From: Balanoglossus misakiensis
Taxonomy: Eukaryota > Animalia > Hemichordata
Direction of reading: 5' to 3'
Assembly: GCA_040954595.2 (NCBI GenBank)
Contig: CM082576.2
Span: forward strand, 19,267,028-19,331,027
Length of the DNA stretch: 64,000 nucleotides
Below the pieces are notes generated by a model, which saw nothing but the letters and a program-made list of their open reading frames with translations, ran no database searches and had not been told where the DNA came from. The number at the start of each line of letters is the position of its first letter. The stretch's first letter is position 1. Positions 13,850-23,581 of this stretch are shown piece by piece. The position numbers and the translations under genes were made by a program.

Positions 13850-14162
13850 TATGTCATAAATATAAATCAGAAACAAAACTGGGCCAAGTATTTTAAGAAT
13901 CTGGCATCTGTCACACTGATAGTTTGAGCTTAGAGAATCATAATATGCGGTTCTTGGAATTTTCGGGTGTGATAAATGTCGTTTCAAAATTTTTACATTT
14001 GATTTATACTAATACAAACATTGTTTTATACATGTACATTGGATACTCACTGTTGGTGAAGTAATTTTATCATCAATGAAATTTCGTCAACTTGATGAGC
14101 TGAATCTTTATGACCATTCATCACACAAACATACTCTTTCTTTTTATTTTAATGATATTCAG

Positions 14163-14302
14163 GAACATGTGGTGGTTTGGAAACTGGTGAATCGGGGACC
14201 TTTCACAGCACTGGATACCCAGATGATAATTATTACATTCTACAAGAATGTATTTGGACAATCCAGGGACCTGCAACATCCAGAATAAGTGCTCACTTGT
14301 AA
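14163..14302 (+). pseudogene. uif-like exon: first half of CUB1, 3' end disrupted
   Basis: atattcag|GTCGGLETGESGTFHSTGYPDDNYYILQECIWTIQGPATSRI, then SAHL-stop (TAA 14300-14302). No phase-0 GT donor remains, although the next exon needs phase 0. Confidence 0.85.
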
Positions 14303-14591
14303 ACTGTCAAATTCCAAAACCAGTTATTTTTTACAGTAAAACTTGCATAAACCACTAACTCTGTCTAATCTGGAAACCTGCCTATACAAAACACCTTTTC
14401 CCGTCCATTCGACATACAAACACTTTAAAAAAAAAAACAGACACATGTATTAGATTTAAATTCATTTCAACTAAAAAAAAAATAATTTGATTTTTTTCTT
14501 CCTTATAACAAACATGATTTTTGGTAAACTTTTGAATTAAAGGGCCATTATCTATAACTTCAGGCTAGTTTATCAGTAATTTTGTTTTGTG

Positions 14592-15248
14592 TTTATTACA
14601 CCTCACGTATTATACCGTTTTCGTGATTGGCTGAGACGCGCTCACGTGATATAGAAAAAAAAGTGATATAACATGGCTAGAGTTGATAAAGCCCTGTCGC
14701 GTGCGCTGATATTGCCCGCTTGGTTGTTTTGGTGTTCTGGGCACGACTTCTGCGCGTTCCAAACTGTCGTTCAATGGCTTCCTTCACGATCAGTCAACTC
14801 CCGCATCTATATGGCTTCAAAGCGACACACAGGCTTAACACCTGTTCTACTGGATGATATTTTACTGCAAACGGGCAGTAAATACACCAAAATCGCAACC
14901 AACAGCGCAGTATTTTCAAAATAATCTAAGTTCGAAGTAGGTATCGTATAATTCTTGGGAGATCGAGACATTTTACATTCTCAGCAACGTACGACATATG
15001 GACGCGAGTCTACATGCTACATGCTGCAGTGTATGTACGTTCAAATGTTCGGCGTAATAAAATTAATAACACATTATGCTCGGGCAACATCACGATTTGA
15101 AGCCTGCCCTCGGGCTGGTGATCTCTGACCAAAATATTGATGATACCCTCGCCTGCGGCTCGGGCATCATCAATATTATGGTCAGAGATCACCATCCCTC
15201 ATGCAGGCTTCAAATCGTGATATTGCCCTCGCTATCATGTGTTATTAT
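14592..15248. mobile_element. Non-autonomous element with short IRs and a ~180-bp terminal hairpin
   Basis: IR tttattacacc (14592) / ggcgtaataaa (15051-15061); hairpin arms ~15065-15150 and ~15160-15246 around gcctgcggc. Confidence 0.65.
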
Positions 15249-15613
15249 TTAAATTAAACACTTTTTCTTGTTCCTCTCCTCATGAGTAACCCATCACACC
15301 CAGCTCTCTGCTTGTCAACGAGTCATGTGTATGTGTACTGACTGTTGTTATTATTTACGAATGTTTTCAAACAACAACAATGCCGATTGTGCCCTCATAG
15401 GTTTCGTTGAGAAGTTAAGACTATGGATTTAACTCTGCCCTGCGTAGCTGAACAAGAAACTATAATTGATACACAGAATAGAAATACTGAAAAATGCAAA
15501 AAGTTACAGCTAATGGGGCTTAAGTCATGAAACCGTGTTTATTTTCATGTATATTGGCTTGAGACAGCTCACTATTTATGATGTGTGTTGTGACATTTTT
15601 TTATTCTTTTCAG

Positions 15614-15815
15614 TTTCTACATTTTGACACTGAACTTTATTATGATACTGTTGTCATTGTCGAGGTGTCTGTGTTTGACCCATCCAAAGTTCTTGCCACA
15701 TACAGTGGACCGGACCAGCCTGATGAAGTTATTAGCAGTGGTAATGCAATGTTGGTGAAATTTCTCTCAGATAGTTCGCATACTGCTACTGGCTTTGAAG
15801 CATCTTGGCAAGCAG
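15614..15815 (+). CDS. uif-like exon: second half of CUB1
   Basis: cttttcag|FLHFDTELYYDTVVIVE...YSG...ISSGNAMLVKFLSDSSHTATGFEASWQA|gtaat; phase 0 to 1. Confidence 0.9.
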
Positions 15816-16108
15816 GTAATACCAAGTTTTATACATAATGTAAAACTGGAAATTTTCGCAAACGATAAATTTTCGCGAACTACACATAAACTTTGCATGT
15901 GTGGACACAAGGCAACTAAAAGCATTAATGCTCTGTGTTTACCTTAGGCAAATAGTGTCTCTGAAACGTTTCGAATTTTACCCTACGTGAACCTGGTATA
16001 ACATTATAGATTGCACATGTAGGCAATATTTGCCCTACCTCGACTGTGATCTTGCTGATGTCCTGTTTGTGAAGTGTTTCTGTTAAGATGACTTCTTCTT
16101 TCTTTCAG

Positions 16109-16260
16109 TGTATTCTTTGTGTGGTGGGAATTTCATAGCACAGTCATATAAACAGAATCTCAGCAGTACAGAATATTTTGAAGGCAAGAATTATCTCAAC
16201 AATGAAGATTGTAACTGACAGCTGGCATCATTCACAACAGAATTTGTTGTCACTTTACAG
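16109..16260 (+). pseudogene. uif-like exon: first half of CUB2 with an in-frame nonsense codon
   Basis: tctttcag|VYSLCGGNFIAQ...NYLNNEDCN*QLAS...VTLQ|gtagt; TGA at 16216-16218 sits where the conserved CxW tryptophan (TGG) belongs. Confidence 0.9.
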
Positions 16261-17017
16261 GTAGTGGATTCAGATGCAATTAATCGTGTGAGTTGTTTTA
16301 CAGCATGACAAAAATTAGTAATTATATTTTTAAAAATACATTTTATTTTTGTCATTTCTGGTCAATTCTCAGTAGTCACTCTTCCGATTTCTTAAAATTT
16401 GGTTTACAAGGACCTACAATATTTGTTATTATGGTGTACATAAACATGTGACAAATATCAATACTGGGGAGGAGGGGGGTGGGTAGTTTTAGACATTTTT
16501 GGTCCAAAAGTCCACTTATGTCAGAAACGGCTCTTCCAGTTGTTTTGGATTTTGGTTTATTGGGATGTGAAAATATTCTTTATCAGATGTATTCTTATAT
16601 TACCTCATCAATGCTAAAGGTGTCCTTATATTGTCCCTTTAAATCACTTAAAATCATTCCCAAAGAATTTCAACCCAGTAAGAATTGTAAGGATCACAGA
16701 TCTATCTTCTTTTGCCATTCTTTCTGGAAGTTTATAATATAAGCTAATCTGATACTGGGTCATTATGGAACTTTTTAACAGAAAAAATAACAAAATGTGA
16801 AAAAAGTTAAATGAGTTTAATTTGATAACTACATGTATAACGACAGAAAGGTTTGACCTAAGGAAGTCATATACAGTTAACAGTCATTTCTTCTGTCGCG
16901 TACGACTTTTTATCCAGAAGGCAATTATTATGTGATTTGATCCCCTAGCACAAAATAAAAGGCAGCCAGGATTACACCAAACCTGTGGATTGAATTCATT
17001 ATTCCTTGTTTGGTATT

Positions 17018-17764
17018 TTTAGCTTGGCTGTCACTTGTGTCAGCCAAGCTGTAGCAGTAGGTTGATAAGTGTCCGTCTGTCGTCCGGCGTCCGTTGTCCG
17101 TCGTCCGTCAACTTTCGGTATTTCAATCTTCTTCGTTAAAACGACATTGCATATTTAGCTATAATTTGGTAGGAATGTGTGTTATGGTGCCCCTACCTGA
17201 TTTTGTAAATTTGGATTTGATGGGGTCATAAATATGCAAATTAGATCTAAAAATAGAATGTTGGTCAAACATTTTCTTCTCCCTAACTACATGTACGATG
17301 GAGCTGAAATTTGGCAGGAATGTGTGTTATGGTGCCCCTACCTGATTTCATAAATTTGGATATGATCGGGTCATGAATATGCAAATTAGATCTAAAAATA
17401 TAATTTTTGGTAAAAAATCTTCTTCTCCCTAACTACATGTACGATGGAGCTGAAATTTGGTAGAATGTGTGTTATGGTGCCCCTACCTGATTTTGTTTTA
17501 TTGGAATTTTGATCGGGTCATGAATATGCAAATTAGTACCTTGGTACTTCCTTTTGATGTTGTTCTTTAGGAATAAATTCTTTCTTTCTTTAGCACAATG
17601 AATCAGGCTGAATGTGGATATTAAATACTTGTGATGTCTATGTTTGGTTTTGTTTAATAGAATACAATTGTTATGATTAAAACCTAGGGTATTCATATCA
17701 TTGCCCAGCTATAGGTTTCACTGTTAAAGTCAGCAGAGCTCTTTTGACCGATAGGTCACTTGTT
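17018..17764. mobile_element. Helentron-associated non-autonomous element (DINE-1/Pearl-like architecture)
   Basis: 5' palindrome agcttggctg...cagccaagct, (CGTC)-type microsatellite, three ~146-bp core repeats (17165, 17311, 17457), 3' hairpin tgacc...ggtca followed by cttgtt; inserted in a T run. Confidence 0.75.
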
Positions 17765-17773
17765 TCTTTAAAG

Positions 17774-17958
17774 GTTGCCAGGGAATTGAAATTCTGCGTA
17801 GTTTTGGCACGATTCAGTCACCAGGGTATGATGTTAGCACTTACCCTGATGATGTTATGTGTAGCTGGTTAATCAAGGAACCAACTGGAAGACCATTAAC
17901 TCTTATCTTTGATGAGAACTTTGGATTAGAGAGGAACACAGATGTTGATTACATCATT
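17774..17958 (+). CDS. uif-like exon: first half of CUB3
   Basis: ctttaaag|GCQGIEILRSFGTIQSPGYDVSTYPDDVMCSWLIKEPTGRPLTLIFD...DYII|gtgagt; phase 1 to 0. Confidence 0.9.
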
Positions 17959-18125
17959 GTGAGTATCAGATATGATCATGAGTCAGCCATGTTAAAAATA
18001 TTTGTCATATTAAAAAATTTGTCATATTATTTTGCAGTGATTTTAGTTTGACAATTTTGGCAGACATTACTTCAAACTATACAACTTTGGAACACAATTT
18101 GGAAATTTAATTAATCACATATATA

Positions 18126-18331
18126 CTGTAAAACGGGATACTTTTGCAACATGAAATTTTCGCGTTATCAAAAGAGGCAAGTGTTATGCAACAATAACTT
18201 TTCACGTTCTTGTATTTCACTGCATCATTATCCCCGAAAAACATTTTTACGCAACTTTTTATTTTCATGTTTTGATGGCTCTCACGTAGATCGCGAAAAT
18301 TTATTGTTTGCGAACATTTCCCATTTTACAG
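18126..18331. mobile_element. TA-flanked CTGTAAA MITE
   Basis: TA|ctgtaaaacggga ... tcccattttacag|TA. Confidence 0.75.
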
Positions 18332-18611
18332 TATGTTGAGTAGCTGTTACAGCAGGAAATGCAACAAGGATTGAATACTATAAAATTTTCGTGAACGATA
18401 AATTTTCGTAAACTATGTGAGAGCCAAAAAATATGAAAATAAAAAGTCGCTTAAAATGCTTCAGAGATAACAATGCAGTAAAATATGGCAATGTGAAAAT
18501 TAATTGTCGCGTAACAGTAGCCACCTTTGATATCGCGAAAATTTCCTGTTGTGAAGATTTCCCGTTTTACGGTATTTACAATGCATGCTTAATTTGTCTT
18601 TGTTTCTGAAG

Positions 18612-18795
18612 GTATACAATGGTACTGAGAGTGATGATGATGTCATTATTGGTCCATGGAGTGGCAATTCTGATGGAGTCATTGATGGCACAGTGCCACC
18701 ACCCGATTGCCGTACAGACATTGGACACTTTTCGGTTGTGTTCAGGAGTAGTAGAACACGACCAGCTAAAGGATTCAGGGCTTCATTTTCACCAG
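18612..18795 (+). CDS. uif-like exon: second half of CUB3
   Basis: ttctgaag|VYNGTESDDDVIIGPWSG...HFSVVFRSSRTRPAKGFRASFSP|gtacac; phase 0 to 1. Confidence 0.9.
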
Positions 18796-18804
18796 GTACA
18801 CATA

Positions 18805-19011
18805 CTGTAAAACACTTTATTTTCACGAGTTGAAATTTTTCGCGACATCGAGAGAGGCCACTGTTTCGCCAGTATTAATTTTCGCGTTCTCTTATTTCAT
18901 TCATTGCATCTTTATCTTCAAAAAAATTACGCAACTTTTTATTTTCACGCTATTTTGGCTCTCGCGTATTTCGCGAAAATCTCTTGCTCGCGAAAATAAA
19001 GTGTTTTACAG
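18805..19011. mobile_element. TA-flanked CTGTAAA MITE
   Basis: TA|ctgtaaaacactttattttc ... gaaaataaagtgttttacag|TA; close reverse-complement copy at 45475-45672. Confidence 0.85.
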
Positions 19012-19531
19012 TAACTTACTAACATTTCAGAAAAAGTTGTTACAGAATTCTTAGAAACACACTCTCCCTTTATTCCTTGTGATTTAGAGTCATTAATTGA
19101 AAGGTGCAAATGTTTTTGAATTTTTACGAAACTTCAAAGAGCTGGAAAAACAGAGACAGTAATTTCTTACAATTGCAATGCAATTTTGGACCATTGACAG
19201 GAATGGCAACACTCTTGTATCACACTCAATAAAGTGATGGGGTCGTCGCACTGCGTTTGTTTGTTTATAAACATTGCAATTCATCCACAAATCCCTGAAA
19301 TTAGACAGCCACGACCTACTAGGATCTTCAGTTGCTGTCATGGACAGTCTAGGATACTGTCAGCTGCTTCGTTCATTCTAAGAATTATCTTATTTGAGGG
19401 ATTTGTGGATGAATTGTAATGTTTATAAACAAACGCATTGCGACGACCCCTTCACTTTAAAACAACTGACATTTATGAGTTTAAGTATTTGTCTGCATGC
19501 ATTCTTATCATTGTGATCCTTGTTCTGACAG

Positions 19532-19632
19532 ACTGTCCCGAAATTGTGATTAGTGAGGGCGTGGTGACCAGTACAGAGATAGAAGGTATGATGTCTCTGT
19601 CTCATTCCAATGCTCGGACGGTTATCCAGTAG
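19532..19632 (+). pseudogene. uif-like exon: first Sushi/CCP domain, frameshifted and truncated
   Basis: ctgacag|DCPEIVISEGVVTSTE, then after a 1-nt shift RRYDVSVSFQCSDGY. The sequence then runs into a MITE end (ttaaaggggatgtccgg, 19633) homologous to 23264. Confidence 0.8.
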
Positions 19633-19876
19633 TTAAAGGGGATGTCCGGTCTAGCTGATATCTACATAATTTTGTAGCTTTGAGGTCACTCTTTCAGGAA
19701 AAAAAAACATTTTCGCCGTGTATAAGTCGTACCAGCTATGCAAATATGCCTAGCCTGGTGTCTTGTATCCAAGATAATTAATGAAAAAAGTGCAGTGATG
19801 AGAGAGACTTAATTTGTCTCTTGAATCTATTGTTAGCAACAACTTGAATGACACTAATTTGTTGTTTATTTTTTAG

Positions 19877-20056
19877 GAATAACATGTGGTGGACCCCCTG
19901 AGTGCAGCAATGGAATTCTTACCAATGTTACCAGTACAGTGTATGGTGGCATTGCTTATTATCAATGCATTGAGGGCTATCAGTTTATAAATAATGTGTC
20001 TTCATTGGAATGCCAAGCAGATGGTGTCTGGGGTCCACTTGTGCCCCAATGCGAGC
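19877..20056 (+). CDS. uif-like exon: Sushi/CCP domain 2
   Basis: ttttttag|ITCGGPPECSNG...YGGIAYYQCIEGYQF...ECQADGVWGPLVPQCE|gtaagt; phase 1 to 1. Confidence 0.92.
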
Positions 20057-20159
20057 GTAAGTTGATATTTTTGAAAACAATTAAACTGCCATTGTAGTGC
20101 ACACTTAGGAGACGGATTTTCAGAAAAATGTTAGTCCTCTGAACCTTTCAGTGCTTTAA

Positions 20160-20459
20160 AGCCACTAGAGCTGCCACTTTTTGCATTTATTTTCAGATTT
20201 TATTTTCCGACGTAGATTGGTACATTGAAATAATTAAGCTTACTGATAGGGATACAAGAACATGTCATCAATGCCTGATTGTGGCTGTATGTTGCAATTT
20301 AAACGTGCAATGTATTAAACAGGTGCCGTACCCATTTTATTAAAATCAGCCTCCATACAAACAGTATGCAGCTAGCTATCGTGGTATGCATCACCATAGA
20401 TTTGAAAGGTTTTACTGTGGAAAAGAAAAAAATTGTGAAATTTGGCAGCTCTAGAGGCT
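20160..20459. mobile_element. Kolobok-type MITE (TTAA target duplication)
   Basis: TTAA|agccactagagctgcca ... tggcagctctagaggct|TTAA. Confidence 0.75.
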
Positions 20460-20760
20460 TTAAAGTGTGTGATGAGTCGTTTTGAAAACAAAGTATAACA
20501 CAGGGTGTTCACTGTCATGTTTTCATAAAAATCACTGACTCAAGTTGAAATTCTCTCCATAGCGTTATGATGGGGCACTTTGTGCTGGTTGCTACATTCC
20601 ACATGGGTGTCTAATTGGGACATTACACACTGAATGTTAAACCAGACACTGGTAACTTGAAAATATGCAGGATTGTGAGGGTTACTGCTACATGTCCCTC
20701 TAAACCATTTTCCTAGTATTAACACACTTGTAATGTTATCTGTTCATCTTATCCAAACAG

Positions 20761-20943
20761 CTCGCGAGTGTCCACCACCGAATGTAGACAACTACTTATC
20801 ATATGAAATTGTTAATGGTGATTCATTGATTTTTGGAACAACCGTTGCCTACTCATGTCCATCTGGCTACAGTCTGACTGGCTACACTGTCTCTACATGT
20901 GGTGAAGATGGATCATGGATTGGAGATCCAGGATACTGTCAAC
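20761..20943 (+). CDS. uif-like exon: Sushi/CCP domain 3
   Basis: ccaaacag|RECPPPNV...FGTTVAYSCPSGYSLTG...TCGEDGSWIGDPGYCQ|gtaagt. Confidence 0.92.
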
Positions 20944-21252
20944 GTAAGTCATTTAAGGATGTACATTCAGTAAAATTGAAAATATGGTCATTTCTTTTAA
21001 TTGTTAATTTTTGGATTATCCTATGTATGTATAATGAAAATTTGTGATAAAATATAGGGGTCACCACGCTTGTTTTTGAAATACAGAGTCATGAATTTAG
21101 TCGATAATTGAAAAAAGGAGTCAATGGTATCTGGACTTTTATAGTGGGAACTTGGGGTGAAAATGTTAAAGTTGTGACAGAATACAGATACCCAATATAT
21201 ATACCACAATCAAGTCTGCATCCACATAGTGTTTTATTTTTTTTACTTGCAG

Positions 21253-21435
21253 GATTGAACTGCAGTGATATACTCATAACAGACCCACATCTACAAGCTG
21301 TCCCTGATAGTGGACCATATTATATGGGCAGTAACATCACATTCTATTGTAATGCTGGCTATGAATTAAATGGTGCTGATTACCTGACTTGTCAATCCGA
21401 TTTACAGTGGAATAGTGCAATACCATCATGCATTG
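21253..21435 (+). CDS. uif-like exon: Sushi/CCP domain 4
   Basis: acttgcag|LNCSD...GSNITFYCNAGYELNGADYLTCQSDLQWNSAIPSCI|gtaagt. Confidence 0.92.
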
Positions 21436-21912
21436 GTAAGTTCACATCAAGATTGGTCTTCATGTGGTTGTCTGCTTATGAGGTACCGTAATCGATCACT
21501 CCAGTAATTTGACTATTTATCATAAATGTCACCTAAACTACATGCTGATAGGACATACAGTTCATGCCATGCAAATCTATGGCTGTCAGAAATTTCATGA
21601 TTTTCGTAATTTTATTTTTCATTGATTACTGTAAAACAGGAAATTTTCGCGACAAAGAAATTTTTTGCGATATCAAAAGCAGAAACTGTTATGAGACGAT
21701 TAATTTTCATGTTCTCGTATTTCACTACATTGTTATCACTGAAAATAGTTTTTTACACAAAAATGTCTTTTTTTTTGGGCTCTTGCATAGTTCGCGAAAA
21801 TTTGTTTGTGAAAATTTCCTGTTGGTCTGGTGGTTCCCAGCTAAACTTGTTGGTCTGAATTTACCAGCGGACCTGTGGGATTTTGATCATATCTTGATGA
21901 ATAACATTTCAG

Positions 21913-22041
21913 ATATCAATGAATGTAGTACATTGGTGGCACGGTGTGGAATCAATCAAGTCTGTGAAAATAGAGATGGTGACTATCAGTGTGCATGTTT
22001 GGTGGGATTTGAACCAGATGTGAATGGAACAGCATGCAAAG
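21913..22041 (+). CDS. uif-like exon: calcium-binding EGF domain
   Basis: catttcag|DINECSTLVARCGINQVCENRDGDYQCACLVGFEPDVNGTACK|gtgag. Confidence 0.92.
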
Positions 22042-22562
22042 GTGAGACATAAACAAGTCACTTGCAACATAACTTCAAGTCACTATTTTCACATTTAACA
22101 CATTCCGAACTTATTTCAGAATTCCGGATAAATTTTTGGAATGACCTTTTAATCTCAGGTGTCTTTTTCTCATAGGATTACATTGATAATTGCTAGAAAA
22201 CAAACTTCTACTATTGTCATTTTCACGAAATTTTACACATAGCTCAGTCTAGTAAATATAAATTCATTGGTCAAATAAAATTGTGTGATTACAATGCTCT
22301 ATTTTGAGATAAATTTCTTTAAGGTTTTTGTCCATAGACAAACCATTGGTGAACCATGCTGAGTCAGCAGGTTTCTTCTATTATCAACTAAATTAATGGC
22401 CTTGTATTTCAAAAGCAAGCAAGGTGACGCCTTTATTTTATCACAGATTCATCTTGTACGTACACAAGATAATCCCAAAATTCACGATTAAAAGAAATGA
22501 CAATACTTTCAATTTTACTGAACGTACATTGTTTTAATCCAATCCATGTTCCTTCTTTGTAG

Positions 22563-22748
22563 ATATAAATGAATGTGCTTCACATTCTTGTGATCAACTT
22601 TGTAAAAACACTGCAGGTGGTTTTCAATGTTCCTGTGAAGAAGGCTATCTCTTATATGCAAATAACGGCACAGGTGGATTCTATCTGCCACCTGGAGAAA
22701 CTGGTCTCTCAATGTATGATGTCTACACTTTTAACCAATCATGTGTTC
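22563..22748 (+). CDS. uif-like exon: calcium-binding EGF domain with the Uninflatable-type long insert
   Basis: ctttgtag|DINECASHSCDQLCKNTAGGFQCSCEEGYLLYANNGTGGFYLPPGETGLSMYDVYTFNQSCV|gtaagt. Confidence 0.92.
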
Positions 22749-22777
22749 GTAAGTATCATGTTAAACTATAGAGTTAA

Positions 22778-22962
22778 AGGTATATGATCACCCATGGAAA
22801 ATTAGCTATATATAGTTACCATGGAAAATTGAAATCTAGCCAATCACAGATTTTCATTTGGTGGCACACGTGGAAAACAGGCGCCACCATATGTTCTTTA
22901 GAATGCTCAAATACGCCATTCAGCCATATATGGGAATGTGTATTGAAGGTGACTGTATACTT
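22778..22962. mobile_element. Kolobok-type MITE (TTAA); a related partial inverted copy lies at ~8560-8685
   Basis: TTAA|aggtatatgatcacc ... ggtgactgtatactt|TTAA; the reverse complement matches 8560-8685. Confidence 0.7.
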
Positions 22963-23263
22963 TTAACCAAGATTTGTCATATTATTGACCTTTATACCGC
23001 AATGAATTTGCAGCAACAAAAAGTGGACAAAAAGCTGAATTTCATAATTGGATTTCATAATTTTGCCGTAATTCAATAATGAAATGTGGAGAAAGTCAGC
23101 AGACCAACTTTGCACTGTTATTATTTATTTTGGATTTGTTTCCCTCCTGCTAACAAAAGTGTCCTCTCACCTCATGGCATGAAGATGCATTGAATTCTGA
23201 GAAAAAGGGGATTAATACTTGAGTGTATTTACAAAGACAAACAAGCTCACTGGTAGCATTTAA

Positions 23264-23370
23264 AGGGGAAGTCCGGTTCAGCTACATAATTGGGTAGCTT
23301 TGAGGTCATTCTTTCAGAAAAAAACATTGTGTAGAAATTATGCATAAATCAGCTGGACAGGACTTCCCTT
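23264..23370. mobile_element. Short Kolobok-type MITE (TTAA)
   Basis: TTAA|aggggaagtcc ... ggacttccctt|TTAA; its left end also occurs at 19633. Confidence 0.7.
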
Positions 23371-23581
23371 TTAATATTTCCAAGCAAGGCAATTGGTTTA
23401 CTGCAACAATTACTTTGAAAACACAGTGTAAAACAACAATCATGATATGAATGTTACTTTAATAGATAGTCATACTTATATAAGCATGACTGTCTATGTT
23501 GGTCTGTAAGTTGTATTTGAAAGAAAAGTTTCATGTACGAATAGTACAAAGATTGACATTTAGTCCACAAAACCTACCATT

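Larger units (their letters stand above)
4316..22748 (+). pseudogene. uif: uninflatable-like multidomain extracellular protein gene (CLECT-CUB-CUB-CUB-CCPx4-EGF_CA x2); partial and carrying disabling lesions
   Basis: 15 exons with AG acceptors and mostly phase-compatible GT donors. Domain order and motifs resemble insect Uninflatable as I remember it (CPEGYQLRGASCYK; EGF followed by NGTGGFYLPPGETG...YTFNQSCV). Lesions: lost donor plus TAA at 14300, TGA at 16216, missing second CUB2 exon, frameshift near 19579. Start exon and downstream exons not found. Confidence 0.75.

Noticed and set aside
16216-16218. TGA as selenocysteine or alternative-code tryptophan
   Set aside because: Other Trp codons in the gene are TGG, the position is a conserved Trp rather than Cys, and independent lesions lie nearby.
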